DNA of 64,000 bases from the human T2T-CHM13v2.0 reference genome, Homo sapiens, in the NCBI RefSeq assembly GCF_009914755.1, contig NC_060938.1; one strand, 5' to 3'. Below are positions 29,540 through 43,069 of this stretch, in pieces. The translations under genes and the position numbers were made by a program. Within the stretch, counting starts at the first letter, position 1; each line of letters opens with the position of its first letter. The notes under the pieces are model-generated. The model saw only the letters and a list, made by a program, of their open reading frames with translations, was not told the DNA's origin and made no database searches.

Positions 29540-29798
29540 CTTGTGCCCCAGCCTCCTCCACGGCTTCGCATCCCCTCTGCCCGCTCTCTCCGGAGCGTGC
29601 GGATGAGTGGAGAGCTGGGCTGTGCGCGCACGGCTCTCTGCCTCCCTCTCCCCCGCCGCGGCCGCCTCCTCCCACTCTGCGTTCTCGCGCTCACTGTGCC
29701 CTGCCCGGGCTCGCACCTTGCCCGTGCCCTTCACTCGCTCTTCCGCGTGATTTCCCCGCCGTCTTTCTCTACCAACTGGGAATGCTAAAACGGGACTG
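29540..29798 (+). other. ESRRB: 5'UTR of the ESRRB CpG-island first exon (TSS approximate)
   Basis: GC- and pyrimidine-rich, CpG-dense segment directly upstream of ATG 29799 and downstream of a CCAAT box. The exact TSS cannot be read from sequence. Confidence 0.6.
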
Positions 29799-29848
29799 AT
29801 GGACGTGTCCGAACTCTGCATCCCGGACCCCCTCGGCTACCACAACCA
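29799..29848 (+). CDS. ESRRB: ESRRB coding part of the CpG-island first exon (N-terminal extension MDVSELCIPDPLGYHN + CA of Gln17, phase-2 donor)
   Basis: ATG GAC GTG TCC GAA CTC TGC ATC CCG GAC CCC CTC GGC TAC CAC AAC CA|gtaggt. The peptide matches the recalled ERRbeta long N-terminus MDVSELCIPDPLGYHNQLLNRMSS.. The phase fits the recalled next exon GCTGCTGAACAGGATG, which is outside the window. Confidence 0.92.
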
Positions 29849-32800
29849 GTAGGTGCCCTGCTTCTCGGTCTGTCTGTCCTTCTGCCCGTCTGGCAGTCTC
29901 TGTCCTGGGGATCGCAGTTCCTTTTCTGCACATTCTTGTGTAAAAGTGGAAGGGACTTCGGGGGGGCACTTGGGGGACGAAGGAGGGGAAAAGCCGCACA
30001 CTTCTGGGTTTCTTTCTAGGGCATAAACCCTCCTCTAACTTTTTCCCGCACCCCCTTTTACAAATCCACACTTTCAGGCAAGAGTGGCGCTTTCTCATGC
30101 ACTTTCTCCCTTTCTCTCTCCTCTCTGATCTTGCTCCGGGGTGAGAAAATATTTGAGTTTTTGTGGAATGGAGCAAGAAGGGAGGCAGAAGCCCAGAACA
30201 GGTGCAGGGATGTGGTTGCAAGGATGTCCTGTCCCGTCAGAGAAAGCCTTTCCCGCGGGCGCTTTGTTTTATTATTTCCATCCTGGGGACCAAAAATGAT
30301 CCCGGCAAGAGAGAGAAAATCGAACGTGCCGCGGCGGTTTGGAAACTGCAGGCGGCCAGTGCCGCTCTCGCCTCGCGGTCTCCGTGGGGCGCCCCGAGGG
30401 TGCGCACGTGGCGCGGCGGATCCAGGGCGCCCGGGGGATGCGGGCCCAGCGCTGCGTCGTAGGCAAAGTTCGTTCTCGGCTTTGGGGGAGGCTGTGACCA
30501 GCGGAACAGAAGGGCACCATTTCCCTGCTCCGAGGCGGCTTTGCGCTCGCGGTGCCAGAACCTGGGGTTATCCGAGCGGCGTGGGCGCGGGCGGCAGCCG
30601 GCGCCGCGAGAAGCGACTCTCAGAAACCGCGGGTCTCCAGCCCCGGGGCAGCGCGCCAAGAGCGCAGAGTGGGAAAGTGAACTGATCGCCTAAGCAGCGG
30701 GTGGTCAACCCGCGTGTCATGTCCGGGCTCTCGGGGATCCCACTCTATCCACCTACGGTTTCCCTCCCGACACCCTCCACGGTCGCCGCTCCACCTGCTC
30801 GGGTACCTGCCCGGGTCTCCCCTTGGGCGCTGCGCACCCCACGGCGCCCCCGGCGGGTGTCCCGGAGGCAGGTTGTGTGCGCGTGCAAAGTGGTCCCTCG
30901 GAAGGCTTAATAATAATAATACATAAAACTCTAGGTTCTTACGGACAGCTTTCCTGCTTAACTTTGTGCTCGTCTTCCTCTTTTTTTTCTGACGCAAACT
31001 AAATTCTCCAAGTCAGCGTTTCTCCAGTTCCACCGTGCTTTCATTTGTGTACCACTCGCTCTCCCCCTCCCCCCAAGAACCACGACTACATCTCTAAAAT
31101 AAATACTCTGGATCATGTGGGGTCCCAGGAAGTACCTAACCCCTCTCCTGGCTGCATGGAGCACCTCCACCACGGTGCACCCCGCTTGAGAGAGAGGGCA
31201 GCTGTCCACAGCATGGCTTGTGTTGTTGACCAGACTGTTCCTGCTTCTAGTTTGGGGATTTTCCCCACTCCACCCTGGGGCAGAGGGCCTTTTAGATGCC
31301 ACCAGAATGTCGGCAGAAGGCGCTGGTCTGGGAGAGGAATCCTTAATAATAATGGATTCCGATTTCCATCAGCTTGAAAAGTGGCTTTCATTCCTTTTAA
31401 AGGTTAGATTCTAGCTGGGGTGGGGATGGGGTGGGAGCACCTGAGGTTAGTGAGGCTGTGGACAGTATTTGGTGCTTGTGGAGCATTTCCTTACATAAAA
31501 TGATCAAGTATGACAAATATTGGATATTTAAATTATTAAGGCTCCCTCTCTCCAGAGGTGACTTCTTTAGTTGAGCACGAAATACTTATGTATTTGTCCC
31601 TGGCTCAAGTCATAGTCAATAAATATGAAAATTCGTATGAAGGAAGTACATTCTTTGATTATGCTTACCAGGAAAGCAAGGAGTGAGATGGAGGCTTTAA
31701 CAGCTGGGTAATTCATCGAGTTGACGGCAGCCCTGACTGGAGTTTGAGGAGAAATATGGGCAAAAAGGCAATGTCAGGGAAGCAGCAGAAGGAAGTCAGG
31801 GAGCTGAGGTCCTGGGGGTCTGGGAAAGGTTTGAGATAGAAATCATTTATAAACTAAGCCTGACAGAGGTTTAGATCCCCAACCCTTTCCGGTTTTTTTT
31901 TGCAAAGAATTAGCTTGTCCCTCCATGGGGCACAGGAAAAGCCAAAAATATACCTGCTGTCTCCACCGAGGAATTGAGCACCCCTGTCAGATGTCATTTC
32001 TCAAAGCCCAGGACCCACTGGGCAGCAGCCCAGGCATTGATGAGCTGGCCTCTTATACATATATGTGCCGCCTAGGGAGGGTCTGCATGTGCTGTGGCGC
32101 AGAGGGGCATCATTTCAAGGACGAGCTTGTGGAGGTCTGGGGCTGGTGTCTGGGGAGACATCTTTCTGACCTCTACCCCATGGCTTTGTGACACAGCTTT
32201 AGAGCCATGGGTAGTAAAGTAACAGAGCAGGGGACTGGATTCTTTGGTTTGGTAGAAGGATAGTAGGACAAAGCCATTCATTATAGTGCCGGCATTTCCC
32301 AGGGAACATACAGTAAGTGGGTTCGTGTATGCTCTGCTCACTGTTTTGACCCCTGTGGATTGGCTGACATTCCCAGACTTGAGAAAACCCAAGGGCACAG
32401 GGACTAGAGTTGAGGGAGGAGGAACTCTCTGGTCCTCCCTTTTGCTTCTAACACATAGAGAGCATTTGTTAATGCTGTAGAATCATTCTCACTTTCCCAG
32501 GTGAGAAATGAACACACACAGAGAGAAACATACGTACCTTCCTACCTTGCTCTCCTTCATTTTCATTTTCCTGTAGCCAATCCTGTAGGTGACTCCATTA
32601 CCCATTCTAATCAATATTTTATGTACATATATAATCACCCAGAGTGGGAGGCAGCGTGCTCGCCTGTGTGTGCCTGTGTACAAATGGGTCCATGACTGGA
32701 CCAGCTGGAGACCCACGGCAAACAGTCCAGAGAGCAAGGGGGGCTATCTTCCCCACCGTCCGATGACCACTTTGCTGTTGTTAAAGAAACAAAGAACAAA

Positions 32801-35800
32801 TTGTCCTGAAGGTAAAATATGTGGGTTCACACGTAGGAAAAATGCCACATGGTAATTCAGAGTCAGTGACCCGGAGAAAAACAAAGGGGGAAATTAATTT
32901 TTAATGGTACATTTAAAAATAAATCAGAGTGAGGACATCAGTCTCGGTTTTCCAAGGGAGGGGCTCTAGGAAATAAACCTTTATGTGCCTGTCAGCCTTC
33001 TGGAGGTGTGCGCTGCCATGGAAGAGGATGGGTGATAGGAGGTGGGAGGTGTTCAGGCCTGAAGGCGATGAACTGGGAGGAGACATTAGGTCAACGCTGG
33101 AGGGCCCCGGTCCCGGGTAAGGCCCTTTCCAGCTCAGTGAGATCCTGACATCACTGGAAATTTCCTCTTGGAGTTTGTTACTTCCCCCAACCCTTTTCAT
33201 TTTAGAAACAATCCTTTATTTTGCTGATAATGAGGACATATGAAAAAGATCTGTTCCAAAAAAAAAAAAAAAAAAGCACAGAGAAACAACCTGGCCACAA
33301 AACAGGAATCTTTTTATTCTATTGATTTGGAGTAATCAATAAATATTCCATTTAGTCTGGGAGAGGAGGGGCAGAGGGGACTTTCGGGGAAAGCACTTCA
33401 AAGGAGGTGGCGGTGACAGAGATTTCATGTCACACCCTGCCTTCTCAGAGCACCCCTGGCCCTAGCTCGGGGGCCCTTATAACTTTGTCCTGCGTGTGCT
33501 CCATTCATATTCCTGATAACTGGACATTTTGCCAAGTGGTTTTTAAAGATAATCTAAACTCATTGAGAAAGTTTGTCCCCTTCCTCAGCCCTCTGCTGAA
33601 TGCCTTGTTTCTTTTGAGCAAAGATCTGCCTACTTCTGATGGGCCGGAGGAAGGATGCGTGTGACAGAGAGACATTGAGGGAGCATGTACATTGGGGAGG
33701 GCGGTGGAGTTGGCCATGAATGCATAGGATTCAGAAGGAGACAGAATTCGAAGACAGTAGACAAGCAAGAAACAGGATGCTTTTGGCCTGACTCTGCAGC
33801 GCCCTTCTCTAGAACTTGTCTCCCCAAGTCCTTTAAGCGACTTCTTAAAAATGATTAAAATTCTTTTTGGTTCCAAATTTAAGGGAAGAGATAGCAGATA
33901 TTTAGACCATAATGTCCTCCTTCAAAGTAAAGCCCACACCACACCTTGACTGCCTCCATTCTGGTGTTCCCCAACACCTACCGGCCATCATCGAGTCTCT
34001 GTCCATTTCTTTCTGAAGTGAGACCCTCGTAATGCTCTTCCTGCTGAGCAGGAGCTCTGCCCAGAATTAGCGAGGATGCCGCACAGCTCCCCTGGGAGCT
34101 TCTGTCGTAGAGTCTGGTGGCTCTTGACTGAATGTTACTGGGGTGGGGAGCCCCAGCTTGACTTGAATGTTCAACCTCTGGGGTCCTCCAGTGACACTAC
34201 AGCCCCTAGAGGTGCTGCCAGTGCAGGGTCTAAGGAAGGACCCCAGGAAGCCAGGAGAGTACAAATTAAGAATGGGCTGGAACTAGCCAAATCTGGCCCG
34301 GAATCTTCCTGAACATCCTGCCTGTTTGCCCTTGAAGGCTTTCACCGATTTCTAGAGATAAATCAAAGACGTTTTTAGCATGTATGCACTGGTGACCCCT
34401 GATTGGTCTCTGTCTCTGGTGAGTTTCCCCTTCCTCAGCCCCAGCAGCCTTAGACCTCTGGGGACAGTCACAGACATGGTCTTCCCTCAGAGGAGGGGCC
34501 CATAGGCTTTGGGTGGCCCTGATGTCCCCTGTCCCCTGGCATGGGTGGGGTGGGATTATATCCTTTTAGCCCCGTCAGCTGGTATGGCTTCGTCCCTGCG
34601 CGGGGAGGTTGTGGTGTTTATAATTGCAAATGTAATTAGCAGACCAGCTCTGGGGGACTGGGAGGCTCAACTTCTCTGCACTTCACGGTGACCCCTGTAA
34701 TGGCTGGCCCGGCAGATTAACCCTCACCGGGCCAGCCTGCCTCCTGCCACTGGTGAGGCTGCTGACCTTCTCTAATAATGGCAGGGCTGTCCTGGGACCA
34801 GACACCTTCCGTGGAGGGGTTGTCAGGGCAATGACTGGGAGAGATCCGTAGTTGGGAGGATTTTTTCTTCCCCAGGGCACTGGGCTAGTGACCTTTGCCT
34901 CTTGAGACACTGTCACCCTGGGCAGCAGGCTGTGCTGGGCCATTTCTTCTCTCGTGTTCCTGGCCATACTGGAAGGATGTGACGGAAGGACTGTGAGTGC
35001 ATGCTGGTCAGTTCTGTGGCTCTAAAGGGACTCATTGTGACTTCCATCTGGTGCTCCTGGGCTCAGCGGGCAGTAGCTTGTATTCACCCATCTCATCAGC
35101 TTCTTCTCAGAGCCAGCTTTGGGGAGGTGACTGTTCGCTGGCTCCTGGACTCTGAGCAGGTGTTCCACAGAGCTGGACTGCTTTGGGTAGGGAGCCTGGT
35201 CATAGGAGAGCACAGGCTCAATTTGTTTCTGAGAACAGAGACCTCACCAGTTAACCATCCAACAAAAGGACACAAAAACACCAGACAAGTGGGGAACATG
35301 GAGCTGCACGGTCTTTTCCCTCCCTCCTATGAGTGTACTTGTATTTGCCTCTCTAAGGTGCCCTTCTGTACTGATCAGGATTAATATCATCAAGGGTCCT
35401 AACAGGACCTTTCTTTATAAGTCATTGCTTAACAGAGTGTCAAGCCCTTCTGTGCTGCCAATAAAGCCCCTGTTGTAGAGGATGTTTCTGAACCTCGAAA
35501 CATCAAAAGCCGTGTCCACCCCAAGAGAGTTTCCACCGTGGGAAACCTGTGTGTGCACATGTGTGAATGTGTTCCGGTGGGTAGTCCCCTTTAAGATGGG
35601 GTGACAGTGGACAGGGGTCTCTGCTATTTAAACATGTTCCTGCTGACTGCTATACCCCTTGGCTGGGCTGAGGTCTGGCTGTGACCACATTCCAGCAGGG
35701 GCTGCCGTGCCTTGGGATTGGTTCGTCCATGGTGCAAAGGGGACTGCAGGGGCACCTGCTAGGTGGCTGTCCCTCTGGTTTGCCCAGAGGATTTCAGTCT

Positions 35801-38800
35801 TAAGAGCCTCTCTGCAATTTTCTGGCCTGGGTAGGGGTGGGGCAGACCCCAGAGAGGGAGAGAAGGAAGTCCTGCCCTTCTCCAGGATAACAGATGGCCA
35901 CACTCAGAGGAGAATTTGGGCCATTCTGTTCCAGGTTCCCGACTTCCCCTTCTCTCCCTGGAAATAGCCATTGACAGGTTGTGGCTTAAAGAGTCAACTC
36001 TTTTCTTAAATCAAGGAAAATCATACTGGTTAATCAGCCCATGGGATGTTCACTATGGAGTTGGACTAGGTGGAAAAAAATTATTGGCCAAATGTTTTAA
36101 ATTCAGAATTGTCTGAGTTTGAGTTAAAATTGTATAAATCTAAAACAAAAGTTTTCCTGGGGCTCAGAGATAGAATTTTTTCATTTCATTTTGCTGTGCT
36201 TTTAAACCTATACACATTTTGGTCTGAAAGTTTCTTTTTTAAAAAAAAAATGTCTTTCCTTTGTTCCTTAGGACTTTAAAATACTCTATTCAATATTGTC
36301 ATTCAGCATCCCCGGGACTGAACCTTTTCAGGGAATGGTTTTCTGGAAAATTTTATTATATTTCTCAATGTCATTTCATTCAGAGGTCAGAAGGCAGTTA
36401 AACAAACTCCAACAAGCCTTTGTTTTTATCTTCTGATTTCAAATGTGATCAATTTTTATTTAAAATCGTATCAGAGACCTCTCCTACCAATTATAGGGGC
36501 AGTCAGCCTTGTGCCTGACCATTGGTGTTTACCAAAATCCTGCATTTAAAACTGTACGAATGTGAAGTGTCAAATTGAATTCAATCTTTTCTATCAAGGA
36601 AACGATGAGTTTAAAAACCCCAAATACCAAATGTGGTTTTAACTTGGTTCTTTTATTTTTAATGGCTTGAATTGGCTTGAGTTCATAAATTAGTTTTTAT
36701 GTTTTATTCTTTTTGTTAATTCATTTTGAAATTTTTATTGGTTTTTTTTTTGGCATTTTCATCTGGCTTATGCTTTAAAAATGATGCCTGATAAAGGGTC
36801 TTTGAGAATCATTGGCCTTTTGATGTGTTCTTGGTTTCTGAAGGGCAAAGAACAAGGAAATACAGGTGTAAGGAAATGCTATAGGAGAGGATGGAAGGGG
36901 TGAAGAAGCGTGATCTTTTAGATGAGATTTCTCTCGTGTTTTACAATTTAGCATTTTCCTTTGTCTTCATTTTTTCCCCTCTATTTTTATTCCAGCTTGC
37001 TGTAGTTTGCCCTTGTCCTTTTGTCCCTCCTTGACTGTTTTGGAGGAAGGAGTGTAGGTGTGTGGTCTGCCTGAGTGTGAGTGTGTGTGTGTCTGTATGG
37101 CTGGCTGAGCTGTTCAGAGGTGCTGAGCATGATTAGTTGGGTAAAGTCCCAAAGCAGAATGCCTATAATTGGCCCCCCTGTTCTGATTCAGCCATCAATA
37201 CCTTTATTCATGGCCGCTGGCTGGCTCACGTTTTGGTGAAAAAAACAAGAAGGGTGTAGACCTGCTGTTTACAGACAAATTTCAGGTGGTCTGTTTGTTA
37301 TCTGAGGCGCGTGGTGATAGGGGCTGCAGGTATGGGTGAGGATATGAAGAAGCACTAAACTTTATGCAAAACCAATTTTTAAATCCCTCCCCTCATCTCA
37401 CCGCCTATGCTTGGAACCCTAGTTTGGGATCTTGGTGATGCACAGTAAATGAGCTGTTGTATGCTTTTGTTTTTGTCTTCCTAATCGATCAGCAGAAAAC
37501 ATTTCCTTTTGATGGTGAAACAGGACTTCAGCATGCAGAGCGCAGTATTTATCCTCTTACTTTTAGCTTCACTCTTTGTCATTTGTCTCTTGGGTTTGTT
37601 GACATTGTCTACCTAAGCAGTCAAGCTAACAAGCTTTGGCAGAAAGAACACTGCTTTTACAGAAATAGTAGCAATTTTAATGTGATGGTTATAATAATTG
37701 TGATTACAGTAATCACAGCTTGTACCTTTTTCTTCCCAAAAAGCGCAAAGCAATTCTCGTAACCATTTTTCTCATAGTAGCTGGATGAGGGTGACCGTTT
37801 CTTGCTCCCAAACATAAATATCTTCGTGCAAACATAAACATGCAAAGGCTGCAGGTTTGCGTGTCTGAATTCACCCAGGAGCAAAAACTGCCTGGTCTCT
37901 GAATACGAACAGGCAGGTAGAGGAGAATACGGTGTTAACCACCTGGCCCCCCTGAGAAAAGCTGGGTGCTTTGCCTTTGAACGAAGATGGGAGAAGTGTT
38001 TCTTGTAAGTGATGCTGTGCCAAGTTTGACCCCACTACTGCCGGCTTCTATGCCCCGTGCCATGCTCTGCCTCCCAGTTTCCCCTTGCTCCTTGGTTCCT
38101 CTGGCTGCATTCTCATGACAGGTTTGCAGACCAAAGGCACAGAGAGGACAAGGGGGGGTTATGACTTGGCGCATGTGAATATCTGGGAGAAGAACTGTGT
38201 GAAGAGAGAGGCAAAGTCATCTCTCCACCCTTGATCGCCTTCTTGGCCATTTGGCTTCTATGAGGCCGTTGTCCCTGCTCCTGAGTACCTCAACCTGCAC
38301 TATGGAGGTGATTAGAGGGAGGTCATCAGGGAACTGACCTCTCTGAATTTCCATGTCCCTTCTTGTGATGCTTCATGGCGACTCCCAGACCTGAAGCCTG
38401 CTCACCTACAGACCATGCTCATCTGTGCGTTACTTTAGAATCCATCAATGCTTCTGTTATTTCCTCTCTCATTTCCTTTTTTGTATATGTATCGTGGAAC
38501 GAAGAAGCAGCTCTGCTTCACCTAATATTCCAGGGTCCCATAGCTGTCTGTATTTTTTTTCCATCTCAATATTCTTATTCATGTTCTTACTCATAGTTTC
38601 TTTTCCTCAGGAAAAAAAAAAAAAAACAACCAAACCTCAAAGCTTTGGATTATTAATTGATTATTAACTGATTTTACAAACAAATCATTCCACCCCCAAG
38701 GAATGCAAGCAAGACTCTGGCTGTGCTGCTTAGGTTGAGATCTGCTTTCCCCCTCAATCGGTGAGAAATTTTATATCTTCAATTCCCTTGTTGGACCCTG

Positions 38801-39625
38801 AGTAAAAAATTAATTCATGAATAATAAAAACCAATCAGTCTTGTTGAGTTTAAGAAGGATTAGGAGAAAGGGTGTTTTTTCTTACAGAGAACATTTGGAA
38901 TCTGTGTGTCACTGTCACCGAGTGTTTGGGGGTGGCTTGAGCGATGCCTTTATTCATGGCAAATGAGCTGTTGATTATCCTGAGTATAACACATCTTCCT
39001 CAGTTGTTAAGGCCAGCTTACTGCTGACTGTTACGGGGTTCCTACCCACTGCTCTCCCACCATCCCGTACTCCAAGCCAGTGATAATTCACTGAAATTAA
39101 GACAGTTTCCTGTGTAAGTGGCATATAACCAAATAGCAACTGACCTGGCCTTTGCATTATGAATAAGCCCATTTGTTGATGGGATGGAGTCCTTCTTGGT
39201 TTCCCTCCCCTTTCTTTCTCAGGAAGTAATTGACCAGAAATTTACATGCTTTTCCCAGAACTACAGAAATTAGATGTGTAGATTCTCTTTTCAGTTTCCA
39301 CTAATAGTATCTACCTCCCAGGGTTGTTTTGAAGATTTAGTCAGAGGACAAGCACCAGGCATATAGTAGGTGTGCATTAAATGTCCAGTGTTATTAATTT
39401 TTTGATGTTATCTTTGGGGCATTACTTTTTATTCCTTTGACATAATCTCACAATTATAGTCTTCCCTACAGTGAGACTGGGGTGCTTGAACTGACTACTT
39501 TGTTTAATGTGATCAATATGGCTCGCGTGTCAATATGTAACACAAGGGGATTAAAGAAGGAATTACAGTTTGGGATGGAGAGGATGAATAGGAAATTTTC
39601 CTCTGAACGAATCCCTATATTTTCA

Positions 39626-39741
39626 GTAGGGCTGTCCAGTAAAATACAGGATACCCAGTTAAATGTGAATTTTACATAAATGTGAGTATCTTTTTTTGTA
39701 TAAGTAAATCCTATGCAATGCTTGTTAAATCTGGCAACCCT
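39626..39741. mobile_element. MER53 (hAT) fragment
   Basis: aaaatacaggatacccagttaaatgtgaattt...aaatctggcaaccct. Confidence 0.7.
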
Positions 39742-39852
39742 ATCTACCCATGACTGTTTTTCTTAAAATAGTCTGATAAGAAACACATTGCTCTTATTTT
39801 TTTTCTGCTTTTGACCAAGCCCGAAAGATTAATTCTAGGTTCGGTTTTTTAA

Positions 39853-40121
<269 letters not shown>

Positions 40122-41274
40122 TGACCATCTTTAACATTTTACCAATATGAATGTGTTAGGCTGGCCGTGCCCTTAGATATGGCAGTGGGTAAGTTCCCTC
40201 GACCAGATATATTGATAGAGTTACAATTAAGTAAATAAATCTGCTGAATGAGGTCTCCTAACAGCACCCAGGGCTACTGAATTTTGCCTTAGGGAGGAAC
40301 AGGGTAAGTCAAGTCTTTTTGGGAACCTGTCTGTGCCTGATGTTTCCCTGACAAACGGGTTGGGGTGCTGGACTGCCAGAACCTGAGACCCCAGAAACTG
40401 GAAGTTACCCTTGCCCCACCCTGGAGGCCAAAGCAGCAGCTCTCCCTACCTCCCCACACAAGGACAGGAGGCTGACCCTTGTGAGGGTCTCCCAGGAGGC
40501 TGAGGGGAAGCAGCCCAAATCAGTGTTAGGTGGTGGATCAGGGAGGGTTAGGACTCCAAACCTGAAGCAGAGCTAGTTGAGAGCATGGATGAACCGGGTC
40601 TCGCCAACAGGGTACCAGCGGACCCCAGCTTCCCCTCATTCACCTCTCAGAACAGCACAGTCGCACAGCCTTGGTAAACACAACCATTGTTTTAAGCCTG
40701 ATGCCCTCACAGCCCCGGGTACGGGGAATGGAAGAGCTCTAGAGCCCCCTACAGGCACTCACTGGCACTGCACCCCATGGGTGACAGTTCTGCAACAGAG
40801 CCTTCCCTTGGTGGGGTGTATGGAGAATCCCAGGGGGTGAGCCTTCAGAAGCTCAGGGGTGAGCTCAGGACCCTGGCTTTAGAAAGCAGCTCTGGTTTTC
40901 ACCTTTCCGAGCCCTGCTCCATGCAATTTAGCACTGCAGCTGCCTTGTAGTGTGGTATTCCTCCCAAGCCCCACCATGCATGCATGCACACCTACACACC
41001 ACACACTCACTGCCTCCGTGGCTTGCCTGACCTCCAGACGGGCTGGAAAGTGCTCAGGTCTGATTCAGTTTGAGGAATGACCTCCAGCTGCTGAATATGC
41101 AGAAGCCGTGCAGCCAGCACCATTTTCAGAGCCAGATACTGGTGTTCAGATGCTCTTCTCCAAGCCACCTAATTCTCTGGGGAATCATTTTAGGATTTGA
41201 TGTAAGAAAAGTGTCTGAGGGGGGATAGGAGAGCTAAATATAAAGTGTAAGGCCAGAGATGGGCGATTGTAATA

Positions 41275-41882
<608 letters not shown>

Positions 41883-42399
41883 TAGAATTTCAGCTTTCTA
41901 ACTCCTGCCTTCAGAACACCTTGTGTAGATCTAACACTTGGGCAAAGTTTAAGGTGGTGGTGGAGGGGGAAAAGACCAAGACCCATGTCTTGGTTCTGAA
42001 AAAAATAAGGTGGAAGAATTGCTGCACAGAGTCAGACCTCTCATCCCCCAGGTCAGCTTCCATCCTTGTCCTCGGCACAGGAGAAAGCTGTAGGAAGGAA
42101 CTTTTGGTCTTCCTGACATCATCGTCCAAGGGCCCATGCCCAGCCTCTGGAGGCCACTCAGTGGTTTGACCCCCTCCATGCCTCTCCTAGAGTCTATCAT
42201 AAACATATTTTGAAGCCGACTTCCCTCTTCTCAGCTTGCATTTTCTCCTGTTCCTTGCCTTCCCATCATTCTCTTATCGCCCATTCTCCAACAGCTCCCA
42301 AGTCTGAGTCTCAGTGCCCTACCTTGGTGCCCGTCTTGGATTCCCGCAGGCACCACACAGCAGCACGTGCAAAATCAAAGACAGCATCACACTCTAAAC

Positions 42400-42840
42400 C
42401 TGCTTATCCTCATGTCTCTTTAGGCAGGCACCCCCCACCAAGCCAAGATATGGAGCGTATCTTCAGTTCTTCCCTCCTGCTCTTCATTGTTGAGTCCCCT
42501 CCTACATCTGGAAAACTTTTACCTATGTATACACCTCAGATCTAGTCATTCTTGTATTGCTTCCCCCAACCCTGGTCTGCTTAGCAAACTTCTATTTATC
42601 CTTTAAAACCCTGCTCAGGTATCCCCCTCTGTGTGGAGGCATCCCTGACTTCTCCCTGGGGGAATTAGTCTTTCTCCTTGCAGCTGTTCTCTGTCTCATG
42701 CCCCTGACTGGTTTACAATCTGTTGGATTTGAATATTTGCTTATTTTTTCTCCTAGATCATGAGGTCCTAGAGTCCAAGGTCATCTCTGTGTCCCCAGTG
42801 ACACAGAGTGGGTGTTTAATAAATGTTGGTTGAGCTAACC
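42400..42840 (+). mobile_element. L2 fragment
   Basis: caaacttctatttatcctttaaaaccctgctcagg...gtgtttaataaatgttggttga. Confidence 0.6.
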
Positions 42841-43069
42841 TGAGGGGATTGGAAGTAGTTAAAGGGGAGCCCTTGGGGGAAAAGAGGCAGAAAGAAGGGC
42901 CTGGGAAGAGGTAACCAGGAGAGCACTGGTTCTGCCACATTTTTGCCCTGGTTGAGCCATGGAGGCAGCTCTGGCTTGGGGAGCATTATATCCTTCTGGG
43001 AGGCAATGCAGTGTTGGGGTTAAGAGGGAAAACCCTAGCTCCAGACTAACTGAATTGAAATCCTGGTCC

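Larger units (their letters stand above)
29350..30900. promoter_or_regulatory. CpG island and proximal ESRRB promoter
   Basis: High GC and CpG density (densest at 29560-29850 and 30300-30900). NF-Y-type AGCCAATAG at 29467-29475, NRF1-like TGCGCGCA at ~29623-29630, GC boxes. Confidence 0.85.

Noticed and set aside
30131-30997. Several 100-184 aa Arg/Gly/Pro-rich ORFs
   Set aside because: These reflect stop-codon scarcity in a GC-rich CpG island and lie in the intron after the 29848 donor.
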